A stretch of DNA of 63,071 nt, filler included, from Octopus bimaculoides (Eukaryota), in NCBI RefSeq assembly GCF_001194135.2. It is 5 parts of 5 records of this genome, joined end to end, with 100 filler letters (N's around TTAATTAATTAA, not from the genome) between each part and the next. Parts side by side here need not be neighbours in the genome. Positions count along the whole stretch, not along the records: positions 11,919 to 38,295 come from NC_068982.1; positions 38,396 to 50,081 come from NC_069000.1; 3 more parts are not named here. The stretch is one strand, 5' to 3'. Of this stretch, positions 25,946-38,404 are shown one piece after another. Position 1 is the first letter of the stretch; each line of letters starts with the position of its first letter. The notes beneath the pieces were generated by a model, which was not told the DNA's origin, searched no databases, and saw nothing but the letters and a program-made list of their open reading frames with translations. Position numbers and translations under genes: made by a program.

Positions 25946-26330
25946 TTGGATCATCCCATAAATAATGCAGTTTTTTTATACTGCTTTTATTTTTCAAAAT
26001 TAATATAAACAAAGTTCCTTGTTTCATCTAAATTATACTCTTCTTCATTTTCTATAATGCTCTTCCATCTATCTGGTAGACTTGCAAGGTCCCTTTTCCA
26101 AAATTCACTTGTCCGTGATGAAAAATACTCTTCCAGTACTGTTCTGACCTCGTCTACAGAATTCATATTTTTTTCCATTCAAATGATTTTGAAGACTGCG
26201 AAACAAATGATAATCAGACAGAGCAATGTCCAACAAATATGGTGGATGGGGCATATTTTCCATTCAAATTGCTCCAGCCTTTGCTGTATGTGGTCAAGCA
26301 TTTTCGTCTTGAAACCAAAGACGGTCATCT
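25945..26330 (-). mobile_element. mariner transposase C-terminal remnant with probable TIR
   Basis: LEQFEWKICP.HH, LEEYFSSR..EFWKR.LASLPDRWK.II. Confidence 0.8.
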
Positions 26331-26739
26331 TTCTTCTAGCACAGGTGTCAATGGACGGTTGAATGGCCAAATCCAAGCTCCTCTGCTAGTTCCCCAACAG
26401 TTACAAAGGGATTTTGTTCGCAGGACATCCTCGTCAAGCTCTACAGATCTTCCAGGACAAGACTTGTCATCTAGGCTGTAGTTTCTGGCTCAGAATTTCT
26501 GGAACCACTTTCCCTTTATTGAACTCATAAAACAAAATATGCAGAATATGCTCCTTTGTCACTTCTATTATAGCTTTGAAAAAATAACTGTTATAATCGA
26601 ATTGCACTCTTCAAAACTCACACTAAGAACAAATACAAAGTAAAATTACTACCTACTTTTATAGCAAGTTGATACAGGTAGTTTATCCCATCTCCATCTG
26701 ACTTTTAGTTCATGCAAATGAGAAAACCACATTATTTAT

Positions 26740-26965
26740 GTGTATATATGTATGTATTTGTCCCCCCCCCACCACCACCACCATCACTTGACAACTGATG
26801 TTGGTATGTTTACATCCCCATAACTTAGTAGTTAGACAAAAGAGCCTGATAGGATAAGTACTAGACTTACAAAGAATATGTCCTGGGGTAGATTTGTTCA
26901 ACTAAAAGACGGTGCTCCAGCATGGCCGCAGTCAAATGACTGAAACAAGTAAATAAAAAAAAAAT
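26740..26965 (+). mobile_element. SINE family A 3' half
   Basis: Homology to 15310-15500. Confidence 0.85.
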
Positions 26966-27804
26966 TTTAANNNNNNNNNNNNNNNNNNNNNNNNNNNNNN
27001 NNNNNNNNNNNNNNNNNNNNNNNNNNNNNNNNNNNNNNNNNNNNNNNNNNNNNNNNNNNNNNNNNNNNNNNNNNNNNNNNNNNNNNNNNNNNNNNNNNNN
27101 NNNNNNNNNNNNNNNNNNNNNNNNNNNNNNNNNNNNNNNNNNNNNNNNNNNNNNNNNNNNNNNNNNNNNNNNNNNNNNNNNNNNNNNNNNNNNNNNNNNN
27201 NNNNNNNNNNNNNNNNNNNNNNNNNNNNNNNNNNNNNNNNNNNNNNNNNNNNNNNNNNNNNNNNNNNNNNNNNNNNNNNNNNNNNNNNNNNNNNNNNNNN
27301 NNNNNNNNNNNNNNNNNNNNNNNNNNNNNNNNNNNNNNNNNNNNNNNNNNNNNNNNNNNNNNNNNNNNNNNNNNNNNNNNNNNNNNNNNNNNNNNNNNNN
27401 NNNNNNNNNNNNNNNNNNNNNNNNNNNNNNNNNNNNNNNNNNNNNNNNNNNNNNNNNNNNNNNNNNNNNNNNNNNNNNNNNNNNNNNNNNNNNNNATATA
27501 TATATATTTATATATATATATATATTTATAATCCAAGATTACATATATTTACAAGCATCACACAAAACATGGTATTTGCATTGTAAAACTAACTCTTGTA
27601 TCCCCTTTTCTCATAATATTTAAAAATGTGCAAAAATTTTGTTTTTTGTTACTGCTAATTACTACTTCATTATGTTTATTTAAAAGCAGTAAATTAGCAA
27701 GATCTCTTGTGCATCCTGGCAACATAATCCACACCTCTTCCATTCACTTTTGTATGGAATTACAGATTTCACAATGCTTCATGTTGACTAATTATGTATG
27801 TTAT

Positions 27805-28020
27805 TAAGGCAGTGAGCTGGCAGAATCATTAGCACACTGGATGGAATGCTTAGCGGTATTTCACCCGTCTACATTCTGATTTCAAAATCCACCAAGGTTG
27901 ACTTTGCCTTTCATCCTTTCGGTGTCAATAAATTAAGTACCAGTGAAACACTGAGGTCAATGTAATCAACTTAATATCCTCCCCCAAGCTACCCTTGTGG
28001 CAAAAATTTGAAATCATTAT
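27805..28020 (+). mobile_element. SINE family B
   Basis: gagctggcagaatc head; gcctttcatcctttcggtgtcaataaattaagtaccag central domain. Confidence 0.85.
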
Positions 28021-28326
28021 CTATGTTATTGTTTCTGTGTCGTACATATTCAGCTAACAAAGTTGAGAGGACTAACTTTGAATTTTTGAAGCTGTAGAGC
28101 CTATGTATTCCTTAAAATTTGCTCACATAACTATTACCATCATATAAAGAAAACACTTATTTGAAGGGTATGCATTCACCTTCCTACAATCACACATACT
28201 TTGTGTATTACCAGTCATTCTATTTAAACTGTTATGTATTTGATGAGAATTCATATCCTGTAGATTTCTGGGTCCCCACAGTTATATCCTTGCTATTAAT
28301 TTGTATGTTAGAATTGCTTTCATTAA

Positions 28327-28549
28327 CCCGTTAAGTCCCAGAGTACTTAAATTTCTGAATATTACTTTTAAATTTTTAGAGATGATTGAAAATAGGTTAA
28401 AATGAAAAAAATAATTATTAAAACTCCTTTACTTAGAGTAGAAATGGAAATACTCAGTGTCCTATAAATAAGTCACTGAGACAATGTGTTTTAGCTTATT
28501 TAATGTTCTCATTTAGTGTCCTATTTATAGGACAGTGGGACTTAATGGG
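28327..28549. mobile_element. piggyBac-type MITE
   Basis: TTAA|CCCGTTAAGTCCCA ... TGGGACTTAATGGG|TTAA. Confidence 0.8.
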
Positions 28550-28734
28550 TTAATACCTTTAGTGTGATTAGTACAGTCACTATCATTAATTATTTTTGTG
28601 TATGATCTGTCTCTGCAGCTCAAAAGCTCTTAAAAGGAGGTGTTGTTCAAAAAGCAAATGCTATTACTCTTTTTTTCTTTTAAATCTATTACTTGCTAGT
28701 GTCTAACATTCATCCTTACCTTACATAGAAACAG

Positions 28735-28845
28735 GTGTGAGTTGGCAACAGGAATGGTCTTCTGATGTAAAAGTTCTGTCTTGACAAATTCTGATTAATG
28801 CAAGCATGAAAAATCAATGTTAAAACAATAATGATAATGACATGA
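28735..28845 (+). mobile_element. Degraded family D 3' end
   Basis: gagttggcaacaggaatgg..gcaagcatgaaaaatcaatgttaaaacaataatgat. Confidence 0.5.
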
Positions 28846-28879
28846 GGTACATAGGCAATTTTGTCCATCTATACACACA

Positions 28880-29150
28880 AGTCCACTAATTATAAATTTC
28901 CGGTGATTCAATAGCTTTTGGATGTAGTATAAAGTTTTGTTTGGCTTATAGTATAGACAGCATCATTCACAAGAAATATCCATGATAACATCCATGAAAT
29001 TTACTTCAAAAGTCACAGCAATAGCAAGTCCTTCCAAAAGTCTTTGTAGTTCTCTCTTTATTTGCATGACTGTAGATGGGTTTTAGCCTGTCACTATAAG
29101 AAGGCAGTTATCTCAAGATAATCCACTGCCAGTGTCCAGAATATACTCAT
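28880..29150 (-). mobile_element. Penelope-like (Neptune-type) RT remnant
   Basis: GLS*DNCLLIV (cf. GLYRDDGL), IKREL, VNFMDVIMDI, YKPNKTLYYIQKLLNH. Confidence 0.65.
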
Positions 29151-29699
29151 ACACACACTTGCATACATGTATTCATACATATACAGGAAAAAATAAAATC
29201 TAGAATATATTGAGAATGTAGAAAAGGATAATAGTCATCAGAAAGAATGGTAAAAAGTGTAATTATGGAATCCATTCATTTCAAATGTGCACATAATGTG
29301 AATATTTGGTGTTCGCTCACAAAATGTGAACATTAGAAACCCTGTTCTAAACGTTAGAATACTCTTGCCTTCACAGCACGCCAAACCTCTATATTCATTG
29401 AACCAATTAACTTTGTTTTCCAACATAAGGCAAAATAGATCTTTTTGAAAGTAAGAAGAAACTCTCTTTTTTTTTTTTTTGTTACTGACCTATTACAAAT
29501 GAGTACAAAAATATATTCCATCTTCCATATTTATCATATATATGTTTAACATGAGGCCAATTGTTCATTGGTTTGAAATGAAGATTTTCTTCAGTAGCAG
29601 ATTTCTTACTTAAACAACAAAGTATTTCGTTTCATACTAATCTAATACTGCCTCAATTATGTCTACTGGATTTTTATTTAATCAGGTGGCTATTCACAG

Positions 29700-30290
29700 C
29701 ATCAATGATTGTTTTATTCACTTTATTCTTTATCAAGGCAACAGATTCCAATCCAAGCATGTAGATTGGTTGTGAGTATATGCCATTGAAAAGACCCAAA
29801 AAGGCTGAAATGTGTATCTGGCATTCTTATTGGTTGCTGCTGGAACGAAATTTTGTCTCCCTTTGATATTTACTATATTCTTTTGACAGCACATCCTTAA
29901 GAAATGCTATCTCTGGACAAATACTGCAGTAACTGCCCTATCAACAGCATGTAGACATTAAGTATGAAATGTGAATGGCTATTTTAATTTAATATTGTCT
30001 CAATTGCATATTGTGGATTTTTATTCACTTGGACAGTTGTTTGCAACATCAGTGAATGCTTTATTCACTTTTTTTCTATCTCCCGGACAGTGAGCATGTG
30101 GCTGATTGCAAGTACACCAAAATTCAGCTGGCATTCTCTCTAGCAGCTGCTGGGATAAGTTTTCATTTCCCTGATATTTATTGTTTTTAATATAGAATGC
30201 CTACAAGAGGTATTAGCTCAGGATAATTACTACAGTAACTGGGTTATTGACAGTATGTATACATTAAGTATGAAACACAAATGGTTATTA
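29700..30290. repeat. Old tandem duplication, period ~310 bp
   Basis: ctggcattct..gctgctgg..tgatattta..cagtaactg..cattaagtatgaaa occurs at ~29819 and ~30128. Confidence 0.7.
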
Positions 30291-30689
30291 CATAATAAAA
30301 GTAAGAAAATGTTCATGATGATTCATAATGAGTGGTGAGCTGCAAAATAGTAAAGATAATACAGAAGGCAGGAGATGGATAAGAGAGAGAGAGAGGAAGA
30401 CAGAGAGAGAGGAAGTAAGGTTGCGTAGATTGCAAGAGTGTGGGGGGAAGGAGATGCAAACGTAGTGCATGGGGAGAATGAGAGATATAAGGTTTTGGAG
30501 GAGAGATAGGGGGTGCTCAGTGTAAAATGTGGGTGAATATCAAGTGAAATGGTTCCAAGTAGTCAGAAAGATAAGTGGCATAAAAAAAAACTGTCTATGG
30601 AGAGATGATGAGTAGTGTTGACAAATTGATGGGTGCAGGCAGGCAGATTGATAGACAAATAGACAGACAGACAGTAGGTCTTCTCAATA

Positions 30690-31055
30690 ATCGCATATCA
30701 CTAGTCATCCCAGTCCTTTGTCATCCCCTGTGAGTTTCAAGGGCCTGAGACCAGCCTTCACCATTTTATCTCACATTTCTTTTGCAAGTGCCACATTCAG
30801 TGATCTACACTTCTTTTATACAACTGTCCTCAACTATATGTCTCACATGTCCATACCAGCGTAGTCTTCTTTCTTGCACACTATGTCTAACTTCTCTTAT
30901 GTCCAGTTTTGCTCAGCACATTTGTACCATGTCATTTATGCACACTTACATTGTACATCCAATGGAGCATGCTTACTTCATTTCTTTCCAGTTTTCTCAT
31001 GTTCTCAATATTCAAGGCCTACATCTCACTCTGATCCAGCATTATGGATCTAACC
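30690..31055 (-). mobile_element. RTE LINE 3' coding remnant
   Basis: GRLYKAWVRSIML..SE..AL...MRKLERNEVSML.WM.NVSV; RRLRWYGHV. Confidence 0.8.
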
Positions 31056-31099
31056 CAAGCTTTATACAATCTACCTGCCCTCTCCTGCCTCCCTATTCC

Positions 31100-32470
31100 C
31101 CCTCACCTACCACCTCACCACCCTCCCTCTCCAACGTACCATTCTCCAAGCTTTCCTGCGTCTCCAGTCCGACCCCTCCACTTCAAACACCTTCCCTAAC
31201 TGACCCTTCCCCCTTCAAACGAGCCCACAACCTATGAGACCTCTTGGTCCACAGCTTCTTCCCCAACCCAAATTGTCCTTGCACAGGGGCCATCTGGACT
31301 CCCGTTTGCTCCGTGAACAGGGATTAATCTTCTCTCTTCGCTCCTTTGCGCCACATGGACTCAACTCTCCTCCCCTCTTCATCTAACTTCTCCTCCCACC
31401 CTAAACACACCAAGTTTTCCATCCCCTATTCCCAATTCTTCCGTCTACGCAGGCTCTGTAGTGATGACCATGACTTTGAGACTCAGTCTCAACTCATGGC
31501 ACACCACTTCATCCTACGTGGATATCCCCTCACCACTATCCACACCGCCCTTGCCAGAGCATGTTCTGTGGACTGTGCATCTGCTCTCTCCCTCTGAACC
31601 CGCCCTGCCCTCTCTTGCCTCCCTTTTCCTCTCACCTACCACCCCACCACCCTACNNNNNNNNNNNNNNNNNNNNNNNNNNNNNNNNNNNNNNNNNNNNN
31701 NNNNNNNNNNNNNNNNNNNNNNNNNNNNNNNNNNNNNNNNNNNNNNNNNNNNNNNNNNNNNNNNNNNNNNNNNNNNNNNNNNNNNNNNNNNNNNNNNNNN
31801 NNNNNNNNNNNNNNNNNNNNNNNNNNNNNNNNNNNNNNNNNNNNNNNNNNNNNNNNNNNNNNNNNNNNNNNNNNNNNNNNNNNNNNNNNNNNNNNNNNNN
31901 NNNNNNNNNNNNNNNNNNNNNNNNNNNNNNNNNNNNNNNNNNNNNNNNNNNNNNNNNNNNNNNNNNNNNNNNNNNNNNNNNNNNNNNNNNNNNNNNNNNN
32001 NNNNNNNNNNNNNNNNNNNNNNNNNNNNNNNNNNNNNNNNNNNNNNNNNNNNNNNNNNNNNNNNNNNNNNNNNNNNNNNNNNNNNNNNNNNNNNNNNNNN
32101 NNNNNNNNNNNNNNNNNNNNNNNNNNNNNNNNNNNNNNNNNNNNNNNNNNNNNNNNNNNNNNNNNNNNNNNNNNNNCATCTATTGCATCTCCTGCTCTCT
32201 CTGCCATTCTCTATACATCGGACCAACAGGACGCCACTTGGCTGACCGGTTCGCGGAACACCTCCGAGGCATCTGCCTTGGCAATGACACCCTGGTCTCA
32301 CACTATTTCCGCTCTACCAGTCACTCTTTGCAATACCTGTCCGTGTTCAAATTGTCCTTGCACAGGGGCCATCCGGACTCTCGTTTGCGCCGTGAACAGG
32401 GATTAATCTTCTCTCTTCACTCCTTTGCATCACATGGGCTCAACTCTCTTCCCTTCTTCATCTAACCTCC
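31100..32470 (+). mobile_element. Penelope-like element mosaic (linker, RT thumb, GIY-YIG), gapped
   Basis: PFKRAHNL*DLLVHS; SSHPKHTKFSIPYSQFFRLRRLCS; IYCISCSLC..LYIG.TGR.LADRFAEH...RREQGLIF.L......GLN. Confidence 0.9.
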
Positions 32471-33529
32471 TCCCCTTGCATCTCTCCCCTTGCATATCTC
32501 CCCTTGCCTCTCTCCCCCTCCCTCCTACCTCCTCCCACACACCTCTCCTCACTTGCTTTGGCTCCTACTTCTCTTCACCCCTACTTCTCTTCACCCCTAC
32601 TCTCTTTCTCTCTTCTCTCTTACTCTCTTTCTCTCTTCTCTCTTACTCTCTTCTCTCGTACTCACCTTCCCCTTCATAGTCAACCCTCCCTCATAAGCCC
32701 ATCCCACCCCTACATACTCCTACCCTACCTTCCCTATCCATCCCACCCCATCCCATCCCTNNNNNNNNNNNNNNNNNNNNNNNNNNNNNNNNNNNNNNNN
32801 NNNNNNNNNNNNNNNNNNNNNNNNNNNNNNNNNNNNNNNNNNNNNNNNNNNNNNNNNNNNNNNNNNNNNNNNNNNNNNNNNNNNNNNNNNNNNNNNNNNN
32901 NNNNNNNNNNNNNNNNNNNNNNNNNNNNNNNNNNNNNNNNNNNNNNNNNNNNNNNNNNNNNNNNNNNNNNNNNNNNNNNNNNNNNNNNNNNNNNNNNNNN
33001 NNNNNNNNNNNNNNNNNNNNNNNNNNNNNNNNNNNNNNNNNNNNNNNNNNNNNNNNNNNNNNNNNNNNNNNNNNNNNNNNNNNNNNNNNNNNNNNNNNNN
33101 NNNNNNNNNNNNNNNNNNNNNNNNNNNNNNNNNNNNNNNNNNNNNNNNNNNNNNNNNNNNNNNNNNNNNNNNNNNNNNNNNNNNNNNNNNNNNNNNNNNN
33201 NNNNNNNNNNNNNNNNNNNNNNNNNNNNNNNNNNNNNNNNNNNNNNNNNNNNNNNNNNNNNNNNNNNNNNNNNNNNNNNNNNNNNNNNNNNNNNNNNNNN
33301 NNNNNNNNNNNNNNNNNNNNNNNNNNNNNNNNNNNNNNNNNNNNNNNNNNNNNNNNNNNNNNNNNNNNNNNNNNNNNNNNNNNNNNNNNNNATATATATA
33401 TATATATATATATAGTATTTAATAAATCATATGGTATACACCTAGTTGTTGGCCAATGCTAGATGGGTCAAAATGGTTGTAGTGATCAATAGAGATTTTC
33501 ATGTCTCCCATCTTCTCACTCATTAATTA

Positions 33530-33562
<33 letters not shown>

Positions 33563-33597
33563 CTATATGTATTAACTACTTGTATTAGACAAATCCA

Positions 33598-33808
33598 AGC
33601 ATACAAATTTTGACACAAGGTGAGCAGTTTCACGGAAGAGGCTGTTGATTACATGTACCCCATTTCTCACTTCGTACTTATTTTATCACTCCAAAAAAAT
33701 GAAACGCAAAGTTGACCTCAGTGGAATTTGAACTCACTATGTAAAGACAGACAAAATGCTGCTAAGCATTTTGCCCAGCATACAAACAATTCTGCCAGTT
33801 CACCACCT
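33598..33808 (-). mobile_element. SINE family B, degraded
   Basis: Reverse-complement match to 27805 copy. Confidence 0.75.
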
Positions 33809-33817
33809 TCACCTTCA

Positions 33818-34050
33818 TCATCCTCATCATCATCATCATCATCAACAACATTTAAAGTCCATTTTCCATGCTGGCATGGGTTGAATGGCTTGACAGGAAC
33901 TGACAAGGCCAGGGCCCACACCAGGTTCCATAGTCTGTTTTTGCTTGGTTTCTATGGCTTGATACTCTTCCTAATACCAGCCACTCTACAGAGTGTACTG
34001 GGTGCTTTTTATGTGGTACCAGCACCCATACCAGTGCTTTTCATGTGCCA
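33818..34050 (-). mobile_element. Repeat family D
   Basis: (ATC)n tail then ttttccatgctggcatgggttg. Confidence 0.75.
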
Positions 34051-34639
34051 CCTTGGTTTTAGGATCTCATTCCTGTTGTGGTGGGTAGGTCTTCTTGAGT
34101 ACATCATTGCCCCACATATGTCGGTCCTCTGTATACAAGTATACAAATATTAGACATACAGAATGGACTCTTCAATACTTCCTAAAATTGTTGATTTGTT
34201 CCATGACAAGTAAATGTATAAATTAACACTAATTTCCATAACAATGTCATAAATACCAGTGAATAATTTGATATACTTTTTTAGCAAATGGTCTCATGTT
34301 GTCTTAACTTCATTAAGAAAGCTAGAGAAAACACTGCCCCACCAGGCAGTTTTCTGATAGTTGCTTAGTAATATTTACATATTTGATTCCCAATTTGTAT
34401 TATTTTTCTGTTACTTCTAATTTTTCTGTTACTTCTAATTTTCCTTTATATTTTTTATTCATCTAATATAGCTCAATAACTCAGTAAATATTTCTTTCAT
34501 AATTCTATCAATCTTTACCTCTCTCTTTTAAACAAACTGCAACTCCTCTTTGTGGTCGTTTATTATGTTAAAAATAGCTAGATCATGTGGGTATACTCTA
34601 AAGTCTATAACATATAAAGCAGACATATGCACAAATTAC

Positions 34640-34686
<47 letters not shown>

Positions 34687-35817
34687 TTCCTCCCCATCCC
34701 ACTCATTGAAATTATGTTCATATTAAGGAACAGCTAGTATTACCTCCGGGGGTAATTTGAAATCAATTTTAGATTATCACTCAAATCCTTCCCCAAATAT
34801 TCATCATATCTGTGACAAATAAACTGTTTTCTGTGTTTGTGTATGAATTAGGTACACGAGTGTAAATCACAGAGAAAGAGTTTTGAGTATCCATTTCGTA
34901 GGTTAAATTTGAAAAATTTGCATTTGGAGTGTATAAAATATACTTTTTGTATAATAATTGTGTATGAATATATTTTGTTTTGTATATGAATATATTTCAT
35001 TTGCATTTAAAGTGCATGTGTATTAATATATTTTGCTTTGTATGATATATATTTCAGTCACTAGATTGTTATTTTAAAAAAATTTGCAGACTCGTATTCT
35101 CTGATGTTCAAAGTGTTTTATTAAAGGCAGCATAAAAATGCTAAGGAATGTACTGGAAAAACATCATATTGAAAAACTTACCCTTGGTTGTGACTGATTT
35201 CTTTTCTGTTGACATATATTTGTGCTGAGATATTAATACTAAAATTTATTTATAACCTATATAAACACAACTACAGATGTACAGACATGAAAAATGATAT
35301 TTTTTTATTCTTGTTCATCATATGAACTATGATAGCATGAACAGAGGAGGTTCCAGCAAAGGAATTAACTACATGCCGTAAAATTACAATATTGTGTTAT
35401 TACTTTTAAAGGTTTGCATTTCATTTAATGTAGTAACATTATCTTATAATTAATATTTCTAACAATGCTATCTTGAATCACTATCCCCTTCTCCAAAAGT
35501 TTTTTAAACAGCATATTGTTTTCGTTTTCTGTAAAATATTTGTTTACTTGCTAAAATTGTAATAATTATAACAGAAATGTAGAACACAATGCAACACATC
35601 TTAACTTATTATTCTGTTTCTAAATTTCTCTTGACAATTAAGGATCAGAAATGCTTTTCAGCATAAATAAATAGTATAGTGCAGTGTGACTTCAACATAA
35701 ATTAGTTACAAAGTATTAAATACATTCTAATGTGTAAATTATGTGTAAATTCATTATGTAATTTACAATTTTATAGTTATGATTAGAAACCTTCATAAAA
35801 TGTTTGCATGTGTCAAA

Positions 35818-36153
35818 ATCATCATCATCATCATCATCGTTTAACATTCGCTTTCCATACTGCCATTGGTTGGATGGTTTGACTGAGGACTGGCAGGCAA
35901 GCGAGGAGTCTGCATTAGGCTCCAATCTGATATGGCAAATTTTCTATGGCTGGATGCCTTTCCTAACGCCAGCCACTCCAGGAGTGTAGTGGGTGCTTTT
36001 TATGTGCCACCGGCATAGGGGCCAGTCAGGTGGTACTGGCATTGACTACACTCGAATGGTGCTTTTTATGTTCCACCAGCACAGGAGCCAGTTAGGTGGC
36101 ACTGGCAACGACCACACACAAATGGTGCGTTTTACATGCCACCAGCATGGGCA
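35818..36153 (-). mobile_element. Repeat family D
   Basis: (ATC)n tail, homology to 22296. Confidence 0.85.
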
Positions 36154-36618
36154 ATATGCATATATATTTAAAAACATGTCACATTTGCATGTATGCTTAA
36201 TTGTCAGATTTTAAATTCAAAGTATATATAATTAAGATAGTGTTAGATTTTAAGTCATATCTATGGTGAAAATGATTGCAAAAGTAAAACTTTTTTAAAT
36301 ACATAATACAAGCATACCTTTTCAATGTGCCCAACATGTTGCAATAATATACAGAAAGAAATATCCTTATGACTAACTATAAATATCTTGACATTTTAAC
36401 ATATTTTTTACTGTTTAATGACTTATTACATTTAACTTATTAATTAATATAATGTTAATTAGAATTAACTAACATCATTTTAATTGCATACATTTTCAAA
36501 AATATACGTTATTCAGTCAATGATAATGATGTGAGTGATGAAGGTAGCAAGCATTGACAATTGTGGTGGTAATTTGATATAAAATTCACCAACGTTANNN
36601 NNNNNNNACGTTATAGCT

Positions 36619-36653
<35 letters not shown>

Positions 36654-37451
36654 CTCTCTCTCTCTTGCTCTATCTATCTATCTATCGCTATCTATCTCCC
36701 CCCTCTCCCTTCTCTCTCTGTCCCATCACTCTCTCTTCCTCTCCCACACACAGATTCATTGTCTATGAGAAAGATTTTCACTTCTTTTTAAACTTTGAGA
36801 TGTTCCAAGATTTTGATAGCTAATATAGCAGTGCATTCCATTTTTTGGACCATGGTGTTCTACATTTATTTTCTCTTGATTATTACATTTATTGGCTGTA
36901 GCCGAAAATATGATCCACTGGAATTTCAAGAGGTAATATAGGCTCAAAACATCTCAAATTCAGTGAAAATTTCAGAATTTCTTTCACTAAACCTACACAG
37001 AAAAGTGACAACAGGAAAAAGGATGATACAGGGAATATACAGACAGTTCTGCACAAGGATAAATGTGCCCAGTATGCTGAAATATGCTTCCAGTTCTCAT
37101 TAACCTAGATCAGTGTTCAATATAACAGGCCTATTTCTGTGTAATTTTCTGCTGCTTCTAATAAATTGCCTTTTGGGTTGTTGTTTTTTTTCTTTTAGGA
37201 CTTTGTTTTGGTGAAACAGGTGCATATCTAGTCATTGTTTTAGCTATTGCACCTTAGAAACAGGTGATAACAAAAACAAACTTAAATAATTTAGTTTTGG
37301 CATAAAATTGGATTTATAATTATTTTTAGCATTTGTATTATAAAAATTTGCTAAATTAAGAAAAGCTCTTTTGAAAAATAAAGGAATTAAAAATGCAAAT
37401 TACAACAATTGTTCGATCATATGGAACTGAAATATCAAACTATTTCCTAAT

Positions 37452-38035
37452 AGTAAAGATTGTTTACCAACATAACATGGCAGTCCTGGTTTAGGACGAA
37501 TGTTGCTGTAATTTAGCCCCAGGAGACATTGTCTCCAGCTGGCTATACAACACAATCTGTGTCCTTATATTTTCGAACAAAGGAATCTAGCACCCCCACT
37601 CAGCTCGAAACAATATCTGTGTATCGCAATTTCTGGGTTATTTCCCTTCATCAGCAGAGAATAATTGTTTGGCTAGAGGTGGCACTGCCAAATTCCAGTT
37701 TGAAATATATAGTTTTCAAAGTGACAACTAGTCACTGATCTATAATTTAAAAAATTACTATAGGTCAGTGACTAGTTGTCACTTTGAAAACTATATATTT
37801 TGAACTGGAATTTGGCAGTTCCACCTCTAGCCAAACAATTATTGTGCTGATGAAGGGAAATAACCTAGAAACAAAGGATGCTAGATGCCCTTGTTCGAAA
37901 ATATAAGGACACAGATCCTGAGGCTAAATTACAGCAGCATTCGTCCTAAACTAGGACTACCATGTTATGTTGGCAAACAATCTTTACTCCAAAGTACTGT
38001 TGCTGAATATCTCTCGTTGTGAGATTTAAAAATAG
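37452..38035. mobile_element. Foldback element (inverted repeat 37452-37988) carrying hammerhead motifs, copy 1
   Basis: Arms reverse-complementary around ~37750; homologous to 59428-59815 including ~45-bp unpaired right flank. Confidence 0.85.
37617..37659 (-). ncRNA. Minimal type I hammerhead motif in left arm
   Basis: CUCUG-CUGAUGA-AGGG(aaauaa)CCCA-GAAA-UUGCGA-UA-CACAG; right arm supplies consensus UGUG in stem I. Confidence 0.7.
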
Positions 38036-38063
38036 TGCAACAAACATGAAAAATTTGTCTTAC

Positions 38064-38240
38064 CTCTAGGAAGAACATTCGATAAATGGACAACCCAGAA
38101 TCAGATAATGCAGGACCAGTTTCTGACTCTTCAAATATGTTTGTCAACATAAATTTCACCAGTCTTCATCAGCTGCATTTACCTAGACAATATTTCAAAT
38201 GTTGCCACATCAATACCAGTATATTCGCCTGAACACTGAG
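38064..38240 (-). other. Candidate exon of an unidentified gene (177 nt)
   Basis: Acceptor ctttcactgttcttgttctgttaacag and donor GAG/gtaaga; phase-0 frame has TGA TGA then MLTNIFEESETGPALSDSGLSIYRMFFLE; no homology recognised. Confidence 0.25.
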
Positions 38241-38404
38241 CTGTTAACAGAACAAGAACAGTGAAAGTTTTCAATGAAAAATAAAATATAGCAATNNNNN
38301 NNNNNNNNNNNNNNNNNNNNNNNNNNNNNNNNNNNNNNNTTAATTAATTAANNNNNNNNNNNNNNNNNNNNNNNNNNNNNNNNNNNNNNNNNNNNTATAT
38401 ATAT

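Noticed and set aside
34685-34750. Plus-strand exon after poly-T with one in-frame TGA
   Set aside because: Poly-T lies between inverted caaattaccc / gggtaatttg repeats, so more likely a small transposon remnant
36890-36997. Minus-strand acceptor followed by GLVKEILKFSLNLRCFEPILPLEIPVDHIFGYSQ*
   Set aside because: Phase incompatible with the 38064 donor (would give V-stop) and no recognisable homology
38092-38232. Plus-strand 48-aa ORF MDNPESDNAGPV...
   Set aside because: Short, no homology recognised, and antisense to better-supported splice signals
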